Source of the DNA: Candidatus Pacebacteria bacterium GW2011_GWA1_46_10
Lineage (GTDB): Bacteria > Patescibacteriota > Microgenomatia > UBA1400 > PJMF01
Assembly (NCBI GenBank): GCA_001002135.1
Contig: LCLP01000001.1
Location: 142,108-206,107 of the forward strand
Length of the DNA: 64,000 nucleotides
Direction: 5' to 3'
Below, in pieces: positions 1 to 9,448 of the stretch (position 1 is its first letter; the number at the start of each line of letters is the position of its first letter). The notes beneath the pieces are model-generated. The model did no database searches and was not told the origin of the DNA. It saw nothing but the letters and a program-made list of their open reading frames with translations. Made by a program: the position numbers and the translations under genes.

Positions 1-610
1 CAATGTCATTTATCCGGATGTGAATCCGCTGCTGCACCAATCTGGCCACGCCAGTGCGGCCGAACAGCGCGAGGTAGTGAAACTGCTTAATGCCAAATAT
101 GTCATGCCGATCGGCGGCGAAGACCGGCATCGGGCCAAGTTTCGCGAGTACGTTAGCCAGTCGCTGGGGTACACCAAAGAGCGCACACTGACCCCGAAAG
201 TCGGTGAAATTCTGGGTTTCCATGAGGGAACTGTGAAAGTGGTGGAGACGATTCCAATCCGGCCGCGCACGGTCGATGGACTTGGGATTGGCGATGTTGG
301 CCGCGTCGTACTATCTGACCGATTATTAATGTCACAAGAGGGGATGATCGTCTTGATTCTGCCGCGCATCAAGGGCAAGTTTGATTTCAAGAAAATCCAA
401 GTGGTGTCCAAAGGCTTTGTTTTTATCGAGGAAGCTCAGGAAGTGGTGGACTTTATTAAGGAGCAAACCGCGGAGACAGTGCATCATATGGGCAAACATA
501 AGAGAAATGATGGGGCTCTACGGGCGGAATTAGAGAAACGCTTGGGTAAAAAACTCTACAAAATTATCCGCCGTGAGCCGATGATTATCCCGGTGATCTT
601 GGATATCTAG
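1..610 (+). CDS. rnj: Ribonuclease J, C-terminal part (5' end outside window)
   Basis: HQSGHA, VMPIGGE and VDGLGIGDVGRVVLSDRLLMSQEG..RREPMIIPVI motifs; frame open from the window start. Confidence 0.92.
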   Translation, partial: NVIYPDVNPLLHQSGHASAAEQREVVKLLNAKYVMPIGGEDRHRAKFREYVSQSLGYTKERTLTPKVGEILGFHEGTVKVVETIPIRPRTVDGLGIGDVGRVVLSDRLLMSQEGMIVLILPRIKGKFDFKKIQVVSKGFVFIEEAQEVVDFIKEQTAETVHHMGKHKRNDGALRAELEKRLGKKLYKIIRREPMIIPVILDI

Positions 611-793
611 GTGGATACCCTTGTTGGCGAAAATGACTCCTTAAATTTGCACTGCATTTGCAGTGTAAATATTGGGTGTCACTTTTAGAGAAGAGAGTAT
701 ATCAACCACTATTTTCTTAAAGGAAACTCGACGAGCGATGTGTTATATTCTTACCAGGGGAAATTCCCTGGAGTTTGTTATTAAGTCCACTCC

Positions 794-822
794 TTGACTT
801 TGCCCATAAAATATCCTATAAC
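794..822 (+). promoter_or_regulatory. sigma70-type promoter of ftsK
   Basis: TTGACT(794-799)-17 bp-TATAAC(817-822), 15 nt before ATG 838. Confidence 0.65.
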
Positions 823-837
823 TTTTTTATCGAAGCT

Positions 838-2994
838 ATGGCCAGACGACGCAGACGCCGCAACAAGCCCGATTTAAAACTGACTATCCCGCCGGAAACA
901 ATGTATTCAGTGACGGGTGTGTTCTTAATCGTCTTGGGTTTTCTGACGATGGTCTCGTTTGCTGGTCAAGGGACGCTGCTGGCACCTTTGAGCGCTTGGT
1001 TGAGCATCCGGTTTGGCTTGAGCATGCTGTTTTTCCCGTTTGTCTTAATGTCGGCGGGGTTAGCGATGCTCAAAACCAAATGGATTTGGTCCAAACCCAA
1101 TGTTTTACTGGGCACCTTGCTTTTGATGTTGGCCTTTTTAGTAATTGGCAGGACCGGTGCCTGGGGGAAAGAGTTGTACCAAACGCTGGCGACGCTGATT
1201 TCTCCCGCTGGGACTTATTTGTCGTTTGTCGCCATGGCCGTGGTTGGGTTTTTAGTGATGACGCAGTGGTCGGTCGGTGAATTGTTGCAGGTTTTGGCTC
1301 AGTGGCGTCAACCGGCCGCACAGGAAGGTCAGGCCGATTTGTTTTCAGAACAAAAAAAGGGCTTCCATTTGCCTCAATTGCCAATGTTCGGTTTGGGTAA
1401 AAAAGGTGGCGCACCGGCGAGAGACGAACAGAGTTTTGAGGAAAAAGTGGCCGCTGCCCCTGTTCAAGCAAAACCGGAAAAGTTGCCGGTGGAAGGCAAA
1501 AATTTACTACGCGAAGATGCAACAACACTGCCGGCCCGCGCGCCCATGGTTTGGAATTATCCTGATCTGTCACTACTTTCTGATAAACCGGGCGGTAAGG
1601 CTCAGCGCGGCGATGTGAAAATGAATGCCCAGATTATTGAAAACACCTTGGAGTCGTTTGGCCTTCGCGCCAACGTGGCCGATGTTAATTACGGTCCGGC
1701 CGTGACGCAGTACGCCTTGAATATTACGAAGGGGACAAGGTTGTCAAAGATCACCAGTCTTTCGACTGACTTAGCCTTGGCTCTCGCCGCCCCTACTGGT
1801 CAGATCCGGATTGAGGCGCCGATTGCCGGTAAGTCACTGGTGGGAATTGAGGTACCAAATCACTCGGCTGAGTTTGTCACCCTCAAAGAAATGCTCTCGT
1901 CTAAGGTCATGAAAAAACACCCGTCGAAATTGGCGGTTGCCCTTGGCATTGACGTGACCGGCAATCCAATTATTGCCGATATCGCCAGTATGCCCCACGT
2001 GCTGATTGCTGGTGCCACTGGTTCTGGGAAATCGGTGGCGATTAACGCCTTTATGAGCTCGATTTTGTTCCGCGCCAGTCCGGCCGAAGTGAAGTTTATT
2101 TTGGTTGATCCTAAGCGGGTGGAGTTGACGGCGTATAACGATATTCCCCACTTATTAACCCCAGTGATTGTCGAGCCCAACAAAGTGGTGTCGGCGCTCA
2201 AATGGGCGGTCAACCAGATGGAAGTGCGCTACAAGCAATTGGCTGAAGTGGGTGTCAAAAATATTGATGCCTACAACGAATTGGCCGGCTTAGTGGCGAT
2301 GCCCAATATCTTGATTGTGATCGATGAGTTGGCTGACGTGATGTTGTTTTCACCGGCTGAAGTAGAAGAAAGTGTGACGCGGATTGCCCAAATGGCCCGG
2401 GCGGTGGGTATTCACTTGGTGCTCTCCACTCAACGGCCGTCAGTTGACGTCATTACTGGTTTAATCAAAGCCAATATTCCCTGTCGCATCGCCTTTAATG
2501 TGTCTTCTCAAACCGACTCGCGGGTGATTTTGGATGGGCCTGGAGCCGAGAAATTGCTGGGTCGCGGCGATATGTTGTATCTGCCGCCGGACCGGGCGAA
2601 ACCGATTCGTATCCAGGGCACCTTCATTTCTGACCGCGAGACCCGCGCGCTGACGGAATTCTTGCGCTCACAAGGCCAGAAGCCGGAATATGAAGAGGAG
2701 ATCACGACAAAGTTTAAGGCTGGTATGGTGACTGGTGGTTCTGGCGGCGCGGCCGGTGAGGATCGCGACCCGAAGTTTACTGAGGCGGCTGAGTTGTTCT
2801 CCCGCTATGATAAAGCTTCTGCCTCGCTCATTCAGCGTCGACTCTCGGTCGGCTACGCCCGCGCCGCCCGCATGCTGGATCAGCTCTACGCCGCCGGCAT
2901 GATCGGTCCACCAGACGGTAGCAAACCCCGCGACGTCAACATCCAAAAGATTCAGGAGTATTTAATGAGTCTGCAGAGCCAAACCCAAACATAA
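838..2994 (+). CDS. ftsK: DNA translocase FtsK/SpoIIIE
   Basis: N-terminal TM helices, PHVLIAGATGSGKS Walker A, IVIDELAD, TQRPSVDVITG, gamma domain QRRLSVGYARAAR; start moved to ATG 838, downstream of the promoter. Confidence 0.96.
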   Translation: MARRRRRRNKPDLKLTIPPETMYSVTGVFLIVLGFLTMVSFAGQGTLLAPLSAWLSIRFGLSMLFFPFVLMSAGLAMLKTKWIWSKPNVLLGTLLLMLAFLVIGRTGAWGKELYQTLATLISPAGTYLSFVAMAVVGFLVMTQWSVGELLQVLAQWRQPAAQEGQADLFSEQKKGFHLPQLPMFGLGKKGGAPARDEQSFEEKVAAAPVQAKPEKLPVEGKNLLREDATTLPARAPMVWNYPDLSLLSDKPGGKAQRGDVKMNAQIIENTLESFGLRANVADVNYGPAVTQYALNITKGTRLSKITSLSTDLALALAAPTGQIRIEAPIAGKSLVGIEVPNHSAEFVTLKEMLSSKVMKKHPSKLAVALGIDVTGNPIIADIASMPHVLIAGATGSGKSVAINAFMSSILFRASPAEVKFILVDPKRVELTAYNDIPHLLTPVIVEPNKVVSALKWAVNQMEVRYKQLAEVGVKNIDAYNELAGLVAMPNILIVIDELADVMLFSPAEVEESVTRIAQMARAVGIHLVLSTQRPSVDVITGLIKANIPCRIAFNVSSQTDSRVILDGPGAEKLLGRGDMLYLPPDRAKPIRIQGTFISDRETRALTEFLRSQGQKPEYEEEITTKFKAGMVTGGSGGAAGEDRDPKFTEAAELFSRYDKASASLIQRRLSVGYARAARMLDQLYAAGMIGPPDGSKPRDVNIQKIQEYLMSLQSQTQT

Positions 2995-3037
2995 CTTCAC
3001 CGTTTCTCCAGAGTGACTCCTGGTTTACAATGGTTGA

Positions 3038-3976
3038 ATGATTGACTCACCATTGGTTGTTCATAACCTCACCAAGATTTTTCCACCGGAAAAAAAGGGT
3101 GGTCGGCCGTTTACGGCTGTCGACGATATTTCTTTCAAATTAAGAGAAGGCCAAATTCTTGGGTTATTGGGTCCTAATGGTGCTGGTAAATCAACGACGA
3201 TCTCGATGTTACTGGGCACTTTATCGCCGACTTTCGGCTCGATTCGCTATTTCGACAAAGACTTTGCCAAACACAAAAGTGAATCGCTCCAGCACGTGAC
3301 GTTTGCGAGCACCTATATCAAAATGCCTTGGCGACTGACGGTGTGGGAAAACCTGAAGATTTATGGCACGCTCTATGATGTGCAGGGCAAAGTTTTTGAT
3401 CAGCGGATGGAGCGCTTTTTGAACTTTTTTGGGGTTTGGCAGCAACGGCACAAAACTATGAATTTACTGTCAGCTGGCCAGGTTACCCGCATCATGTTGG
3501 CTAAAGCCTTTCTCCCGTACCCAAAAATCGTGTTGTTGGACGAGCCTACTGCCTCATTAGACCCAGACATTGCCCATCAAGTCAGAGAGTTTGTGAAACT
3601 GCAGCGCCAAGAGTACGGGGTGAGTATTCTTTACACTTCACACAACATGGAGGAAGTGACTGATGTGTGTGATGAAGTGATGTTTTTGAAGCACGGTCAA
3701 ATTGTCGCTGTTGATAAGCCGCTCAATTTAGCTCGCTCAGTAAAGACCGCCCGCATGCGTTTGTTAGTGAAAGACGGTTTGAAACGGACACAAAAATTTG
3801 CCAAGGCCCAAGCACTGCCAGTCTCGATTGAAGGCAGGGAGGTGATTATTGAAATTGATGAACAGGCTATTGCTCAGTTTTTGGAGAAATTGGCAGCCGA
3901 AAAGATTTCATATTCACAGATCGCGGTCGATAAGCCGACTTTGGAAGATTACTTTTTACAGATGAGTAAGGATTAA
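3038..3976 (+). CDS. ABC-2 type exporter ATP-binding subunit (NodI/DrrA-like)
   Basis: GPNGAGKST, LSAGQ, LLDEPT, SHNMEE. Confidence 0.92.
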   Translation: MIDSPLVVHNLTKIFPPEKKGGRPFTAVDDISFKLREGQILGLLGPNGAGKSTTISMLLGTLSPTFGSIRYFDKDFAKHKSESLQHVTFASTYIKMPWRLTVWENLKIYGTLYDVQGKVFDQRMERFLNFFGVWQQRHKTMNLLSAGQVTRIMLAKAFLPYPKIVLLDEPTASLDPDIAHQVREFVKLQRQEYGVSILYTSHNMEEVTDVCDEVMFLKHGQIVAVDKPLNLARSVKTARMRLLVKDGLKRTQKFAKAQALPVSIEGREVIIEIDEQAIAQFLEKLAAEKISYSQIAVDKPTLEDYFLQMSKD

Positions 3977-3977
3977 G

Positions 3978-4760
3978 ATGAAACTCCACCGCATCAAAGC
4001 TCTATTCTTGCGCCACCTCTATCCGCTAAAACGCGACTTCGACCTCTTATCTGACATGCTTTACTGGCCGCTCGTCGACACCCTCTTGTGGGGGATTACC
4101 AGCCAATGGCTGTCGGAAGCTTCAGGTCAAGCCAGCATTGCGCTCGCTATCCTGATGGCGCTCTTGCTTTGGAACATCATCTGGCGCGCTCAATCGGAAG
4201 TGTCACGCAACTTGATTGATGAAATTTGGAACAATAACTTGGTCAATATTTTTTCGACGCCGCTCATGGTGAGAGAATGGTTGTTTTCGGTGATGTCGCT
4301 GTCAGTCTTAAAAACAATTTTTACGCTCTCGGTTATTACCACGGTCGTGGTCGGCATGTGGTCAGCAAACATTCTGTTTTTCGGTTGGTGGTTGATTCCG
4401 TTTATTTTGGCAATGGTGACGACTGGTTGGTGGGTGGGCTTTCTCTCAGCCGGTATTATCTTGCGCTACGGGCCAAAGATGCAGACAGTAGTCTGGACGT
4501 TGCCCGGGATGCTGTTGCCGTTCAGCGCGGTCTTTTTCCCGCTAGAGCGATTTCCAGAAGCATTGCAGTACGTCAGCCGGATAGTGCCAACAACTTATAT
4601 CTTTGAAACGATGCGGACTATTGCTGCCGGCGGCGCGGTCGACTGGGGAACACTCTCGATGAGTTTTGTTTTTAACTTTTTATACCTCGGTCTGGCGCTG
4701 TGGTACTTTGTCAGCAGTTTCCGCTACAGCACGAAATTAGGATTGGGGAGATTTAATTAA
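3978..4760 (+). CDS. ABC-2 type exporter permease
   Basis: About six hydrophobic segments, FSAVFFPLERFP..PTTY motif; starts 1 nt after the ATPase stop. Confidence 0.88.
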   Translation: MKLHRIKALFLRHLYPLKRDFDLLSDMLYWPLVDTLLWGITSQWLSEASGQASIALAILMALLLWNIIWRAQSEVSRNLIDEIWNNNLVNIFSTPLMVREWLFSVMSLSVLKTIFTLSVITTVVVGMWSANILFFGWWLIPFILAMVTTGWWVGFLSAGIILRYGPKMQTVVWTLPGMLLPFSAVFFPLERFPEALQYVSRIVPTTYIFETMRTIAAGGAVDWGTLSMSFVFNFLYLGLALWYFVSSFRYSTKLGLGRFN

Positions 4761-4775
4761 GTTATAATTTAATTC

Positions 4776-5144
4776 ATGAATAGTTTCGAAGTCTACCAAG
4801 ACCCTGATGGTCAAGCCCAGTTTTATTTTTCTCATTCCGATAAACAATTTACGACTGGCGTTCTTGTGCTCCACCCTGGTAAAGAGTTGGCGAAGCACAA
4901 TCGACCACTGGCGGTGGAGAATTTAATTCAAATTGCTGGCAAATGTGTCATGAAAGTTTATAGTTCTGAAACAGAATATGAAAATAAAGCATTAAAAGTT
5001 GGAGATTCGTTGAGTATGGCTAAAGGTGTTTATCATATTCACTCAAATCCATTCCAAGAAATCTCGGTAACTTTTTTTAAGGCAGAAGGGGACATTACAA
5101 AAATAATGGACAATTTAAGAAAAGCTTTAGTAAAAATTAAATAG
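4776..5144 (+). CDS. Cupin-fold protein
   Basis: PGKELAKHNRP..E..I.G and GDSLSMAKGVYHIHSN cupin-like motifs. Confidence 0.65.
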   Translation: MNSFEVYQDPDGQAQFYFSHSDKQFTTGVLVLHPGKELAKHNRPLAVENLIQIAGKCVMKVYSSETEYENKALKVGDSLSMAKGVYHIHSNPFQEISVTFFKAEGDITKIMDNLRKALVKIK

Positions 5145-5203
5145 CTTACTTTTCTTAATAAAGCCTAGTAGTATACTGTTATTAGTAAAAATAAAGGGTT
5201 GAG

Positions 5204-5722
5204 ATGGCAGAAAAAGACCAAGAGCAAACTCAAGATCAAGATAGAAAATCGAGATTTAAAGAACTCCTGTCTTCTGTAGAAGAACTAGCAACAGAAATTG
5301 GTTTTGGTGAGTATGAGATTCTTGAGGAACATCGAGGAATAAGTCCGGCTGTTGATCGGGCGTTGGATCGTGGCATCACAGATGTCACCATTAAACATCT
5401 CGTTAGCAGTAACGCTGGTTTAAGAATCAGAACAAATGATAGGGGTTACGGAGCAAAAGCAGATTTTATAATTAGGCTGGAAAAGGGAGAGCATGAGAAG
5501 TACCTGGCTGGAGCTGGCGGGGGGATGCCCGGGAAAACAAGTCATGGTTTTATATGGTTGGGGGAACCGCGTCAGTTTGGTGCGGAAGAAATCTGGAATG
5601 ATGTGGAGTTGTTAGATGTTTTGGCAGATACGGTTGAAGCTTTGACGGCTGCCTATGACGTAAAAAGAGCCACTAGAAAAATGGCACAAACTAACGTTCA
5701 AGAAACTCAACCTGCTGGATAA
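5204..5722 (+). CDS. Hypothetical protein next to the tmRNA 3' end
   Basis: 172-aa ORF, upstream TATACT -10 box, no recognised motif. Confidence 0.6.
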   Translation: MAEKDQEQTQDQDRKSRFKELLSSVEELATEIGFGEYEILEEHRGISPAVDRALDRGITDVTIKHLVSSNAGLRIRTNDRGYGAKADFIIRLEKGEHEKYLAGAGGGMPGKTSHGFIWLGEPRQFGAEEIWNDVELLDVLADTVEALTAAYDVKRATRKMAQTNVQETQPAG

Positions 5723-5745
5723 AAGCATTGTCGATATAAAAAATG

Positions 5746-6138
5746 TGGAGATGGGGGGTAATGAACCCCCGTCCGATAATCGTTTCCTAGCCAACCTCTA
5801 CAGACATAGAATGCTTTTGGTATTACCTCAGAGGGAAACATTCCAACCCGGTTGAGGCAACCGATACTAATCTTTCATCAAACGTCGTATCAATCGTTTG
5901 ATGGCATACTGATTGTTTTTTCACCCAGAGTGTCCCATCAGTAAGAAAACCTCTCTGAATGCCTATTTAAGCGTAAGCTAAAACAGGTGAAGCAAACAAT
6001 GATTGAGCGAACTCAATCATGCCTGCGACTTTGCTGCGCAATGAATTGGCAGTTAAATTTGTAGCCCTGTTTGATGTCTTTTGGCCAAAGACAGTCTGCA
6101 GTTGGTAAAGAGCGATTACGTCGATGCAATGCATCCCC
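5746..6138 (-). ncRNA. ssrA: tmRNA
   Basis: 5' GGGGAUG pairs with 3' CAUCUCC-A (G3.U alanine identity pair); T-arm GGGGG-UUCAUUA-CCCCC; UCGAC after the D-like loop; internal tag frame; TATAAT upstream. Confidence 0.93.
5967..6050 (-). other. tmRNA tag reading frame ANSLRSKVAGMIEFAQSLFASPVLAYA*
   Basis: AAAUUUAACU-GCC resume context, 27 codons to TAA. Confidence 0.75.
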
Positions 6139-6219
6139 GTAGGTCATGTATTATACGTTCTCTCCAGGCGAAACACAAGTTGTGCTTGCGCTGGTCTAAT
6201 GAGTCTGTATAATTTCCTC

Positions 6220-6330
6220 TTATAAAAGAGTTGCGAGGGCACCTGGTTGCTTTCGCTCCCAAGTAACGAACTCCGCCTAGGCGTGGGGGGACACCAAGCT
6301 GAGCAGAAAGTAAGCAGGTGCTCTTTTTTA
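6220..6330 (+). promoter_or_regulatory. Candidate structured leader or small RNA
   Basis: Follows TTGCGC-16-TATAAT; GAGGGCACCUG pairs with CAGGUGCUCUU followed by a U-run; internal hairpins. Confidence 0.35.
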
Positions 6331-6337
6331 TTAAAAA

Positions 6338-7132
6338 ATGTCGAAAAACTATCATCACGAGCTGAGTGTCAGTGGAAGTGAAGTAGAGCGCCGTCCACAA
6401 GTTATTTTTGGCACAAAAAAACAAGAACCGATTATTCTGGCGTATCAGTTGCTGGGTTTAACCCATTTTGAGCGTCGGGATCCAGAACAACCTCATTGGG
6501 CTCTTGCCCATCAAAATGAAAGTACATCCGCTGATTCGGCGGCAGTGGTGGTCGAAAAAATGAGAAGAATCGAGCAAGGTTTAATAAGGGAAGGCTCGGA
6601 GCATAAAATACCGATTGTAGCTTCAGATGTGACTTTTCACCTCAACGGCGAACTGTTGCACCAAATTATCCGTAGTCCCGAGGACAAAGCGAGATTTAGG
6701 GAACAACCTTGGGAGTTGGAAAAGATCAGGTTAACCCTGGTGGAAAAGTATGCTGGCCCGTTTGAGGCTGTTTGGCAGGTGGTGTTTGGCATGATGGACG
6801 AAAACAAAGAAATTAAGCTTGCCCAGATTAAGATTCGCTGTGCTCACCCGGAGGGATTCACACCAAATGAGGTGTACACGAACTTCTTTCCCCAATCCAA
6901 CGCCGGCATTAGGTTGGTGGAGTTATTGCGAGAAAAAGAGGCGGTGTTTGAGGTGATGTATGGTCACGAAGTAGAGTCGTCGGGTCAAGGTTGGCCAACG
7001 ATTTCTGGTGAAGAAGCGCAGCGCTATATCGTCGATAAAATTCTTGAAACCGATATTTTTTGGCAGTTTCTGTTGGGTAACCCGATTGAGAGCCAACGGA
7101 TGGGTTTATTTTCGATCGCGCTGGTGCAGTAG
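6338..7132 (+). CDS. Hypothetical protein, possibly divergent Maf/Ham1-fold
   Basis: VIFGTKK, VVEKMRRI and IVASDVTFHLNGELLH resemble Maf VIGADTVVVLDGEILGK. Confidence 0.45.
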   Translation: MSKNYHHELSVSGSEVERRPQVIFGTKKQEPIILAYQLLGLTHFERRDPEQPHWALAHQNESTSADSAAVVVEKMRRIEQGLIREGSEHKIPIVASDVTFHLNGELLHQIIRSPEDKARFREQPWELEKIRLTLVEKYAGPFEAVWQVVFGMMDENKEIKLAQIKIRCAHPEGFTPNEVYTNFFPQSNAGIRLVELLREKEAVFEVMYGHEVESSGQGWPTISGEEAQRYIVDKILETDIFWQFLLGNPIESQRMGLFSIALVQ

Positions 7133-7186
7133 TTTGATCTGACTGGGACTTGTTTTTTCCTTTCTTTTTCCGTTAGGCTGAAAAAT

Positions 7187-7522
7187 GTGTCTGAAATTTT
7201 CCTACAGCAACAAAAGGGGAAAAAGTTTCGTGTAGGAGCCGGTTTATTCCGCGAGTTTTCTGCGGCCAATAAACTAATGGTGATTGAGTTACTGTACCAA
7301 ATTTATTCGCCAGATTATATTCCGGCCGTAATAACGTTACATTTTCTCACTAGTGGCGGTTGGCAAACTCAAGAGGTGGTCACTGGCACTTTCGGCATCA
7401 GCGCAATCCAGCAAAACTGGTTTCGCGAGAAAACTTTTGAAAAACGGATTAACTACTCTGACTCACTGATGGGGTTATATCTTTTTTTACTCCAACTATG
7501 GCGTGAGAAGCAGACTAAGTGA
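7187..7522 (+). CDS. Hypothetical protein
   Basis: 111-aa ORF; TAGGCT -10 lies 7 nt before the GTG. Confidence 0.5.
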   Translation: MSEIFLQQQKGKKFRVGAGLFREFSAANKLMVIELLYQIYSPDYIPAVITLHFLTSGGWQTQEVVTGTFGISAIQQNWFREKTFEKRINYSDSLMGLYLFLLQLWREKQTK

Positions 7523-7559
7523 ATCGCTCTCATCAGGAGTGGTGCCGGTATTGCCGGAG

Positions 7560-8204
7560 TTAGCTTTCATGAGCGACCAGAACAGCGGAAATTTTACCGA
7601 CACCAGCCTGGTGTAACTGAGTGGCGCAGGCGGCCAGCGTTGAACCAGTTGTGACCACGTCGTCAACCAGCAAGATGTTTTTTCTCTTAAGATTGATTTG
7701 AAGATTGGGGTTGAGAGCAAAAACGTTACTCATCAGTTGGAAACGTTCCTGGTCGTTGGTAACGGAGGCCAAGTTTTGAGTGTGACGTTGGCGGAGAAGC
7801 AGTGGTTGGTAAGGTTTTTCAAGTCGGTTGGCCAGCTGTTGTGCGATCAACTTTGCTTGATTATAGCCGCGCTGTTTGAACCGCTTGGGGTGCAGTGGCA
7901 CCGCGGTGACAAAGTCAAGGTTGGTTGGTAGCGGTAGGTGTTGGTAGAGCAGGTTGCCCAAGATTGACCCAATTGGGTGGAGTGATTGGTATTTAAGTGC
8001 TTTGATAACAGTCGACAAAGGCGGCGTGAAGAAGCCGAGAACGTGAGTATTGTCAACTAAGTTTTCTAAAGGTTTGAATCGAGGTTGGTAATACAAGAAA
8101 TCGATCTGGTCTTGACACTGGCGGCAGAAGTAATGAGCCTCGCGATCACAAGCGACGCAGACTTGAGGAAAAATAATCGTCAGAAACTTTCGTAAGGCTA
8201 TCAC
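7560..8204 (-). CDS. comF: ComF family competence protein (zinc ribbon + PRTase)
   Basis: CVAC..CRQC, VPLH..RGYNQ, LLVDDVVTTGSTL. Confidence 0.93.
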   Translation of the reverse strand: MIALRKFLTIIFPQVCVACDREAHYFCRQCQDQIDFLYYQPRFKPLENLVDNTHVLGFFTPPLSTVIKALKYQSLHPIGSILGNLLYQHLPLPTNLDFVTAVPLHPKRFKQRGYNQAKLIAQQLANRLEKPYQPLLLRQRHTQNLASVTNDQERFQLMSNVFALNPNLQINLKRKNILLVDDVVTTGSTLAACATQLHQAGVGKISAVLVAHES

Positions 8205-8255
8205 TGATTACTCAGTGTAGAGTAAACAATCGAACAGTAAATGTTACAAGAAAGC

Positions 8256-8522
8256 TTAGTACATGTCGGAGGGACCAGTGGCTTCCGCTGATGGTTCGGG
8301 AATAGAAACATTTCGGATTGGTGCTTCATCACTTCCTGCCGGTAATGTTTCAACGAAACGAATAATTGCTTGAGGACAGCAGGGATTGCCTAGTTGTTGT
8401 TCTTGAAGAACACACAAGTTTTCAACCAGTTTTTCGCAAACAACAGCATTGTCTAAATCATGTGGGCAAGGTACATCGAAGTCGATTTCTATAATTTCTC
8501 TTAAATCGGGTTTTGTTGGCAT
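8256..8522 (-). CDS. Small Cys-rich protein (paralogue of 8551-8796)
   Basis: AAAGGAAAG RBS before ATG 8522; CPHDL..C..L..C.LQE..G..CCP. Confidence 0.5.
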   Translation of the reverse strand: MPTKPDLREIIEIDFDVPCPHDLDNAVVCEKLVENLCVLQEQQLGNPCCPQAIIRFVETLPAGSDEAPIRNVSIPEPSAEATGPSDMY

Positions 8523-8550
8523 CTTTCCTTTCGCTATGACCACTACGTTT

Positions 8551-8796
8551 TTACGCTGAAGGTGGTGGGTTAGATGCTTTCTGTGAACTAGATTGTTCAA
8601 TCATGCTGTGAATAGGGATGATGGTTGGATCAAAAGGACAGCTTTTGCCAGTTTCCTCTTTGAGTGCGCAGTCTAAGGCAGTGTTCCCCGGTGTTCGTGT
8701 TAGTTGTCCACAATCGTAAGGAGTACCAAGCCCATGGGGACATAAGTGTTCTCCATAGCGAAATTTGAGTTTTTCTCCTTGGTTAATTCCTGCCAT
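8551..8796 (-). CDS. Small Cys-rich protein
   Basis: AAAGGAG RBS; CPHGL..C..L..C.LKE..G..CP. Confidence 0.55.
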   Translation of the reverse strand: MAGINQGEKLKFRYGEHLCPHGLGTPYDCGQLTRTPGNTALDCALKEETGKSCPFDPTIIPIHSMIEQSSSQKASNPPPSA

Positions 8797-8902
8797 ATAA
8801 AAACTCCTTTCACGAGTATGTCATACTTATATCATACCTTTTTTGGAACAGGCAACTGGCAAATGATGACCGCTTTTGAAAAAGAGTTTTTATTGGTGAA
8901 AG

Positions 8903-8976
8903 TGGGCGATGGAGGACTTGAACCTCCGACCTCACGAATGTGAATCGTGCGCTCTAACCAGCTGAGCTAATCGCCC
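8903..8976 (-). tRNA. tRNA-Val(CAC)
   Basis: GGGCGAT acceptor stem, CACGA-TT-CAC-AT-TCGTG anticodon arm, GGTTCAAGTCC T-arm; CCA not encoded. Confidence 0.96.
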
Positions 8977-9010
8977 GGTCGCCATATTATAGCGTGCTAC
9001 AATGATTTTC

Positions 9011-9442
9011 ATGACCTTGAAACAGACCGTCGCTGGTCAAATGAAGACCGCTCTGAAGTCAGGTGACCAGGCGAGCTTAACAACCTTAAGATTATTGTTA
9101 AACGATATTCACAACTTTGAGATTGATCATGGTGAACAGACTGATGTTGGCGTGCAGCAGTTGGTCGCTCGTTCGATCAAACAGTGGAAGGATGCCTTGA
9201 CTGATTATGAAAAAGGCGGTCGAGCAGATCTAGTCAAAGAAGCCAAAGACAGAATCGCGCTCTTGGAACAGTTCTTGCCAGCGCAGTTGTCGGAGGACGA
9301 GATTAAAAAGGTGGTTCAAGAAACAATTGCTGGCCTCCAAAATCCAAGCGCTGGTCCGGTCATCGGCCAAGTGATGAAAAAACTGGCTGGTCAAGCCGAC
9401 GGCGGGACGGTGGCTCGACTAGTTAATGAAGCGCTTTCATAA
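9011..9442 (+). CDS. GatB/YqeY domain protein
   Basis: MKTALKSGD..LRLLL..GRADL..FLPAQLSEDEI..GPVIGQVMKKLAGQADG. Confidence 0.9.
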   Translation: MTLKQTVAGQMKTALKSGDQASLTTLRLLLNDIHNFEIDHGEQTDVGVQQLVARSIKQWKDALTDYEKGGRADLVKEAKDRIALLEQFLPAQLSEDEIKKVVQETIAGLQNPSAGPVIGQVMKKLAGQADGGTVARLVNEALS

Positions 9443-9448
9443 ATCCCT

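Noticed and set aside
4776-5746. Integrated element at the tmRNA 3' end
   Set aside because: The genes look AT-rich, but no integrase or duplicated att sequence was found by eye.
6116-6424. 102-aa minus-strand ORF
   Set aside because: Overlaps the tmRNA 5' end, both promoters and the next gene; no motif.
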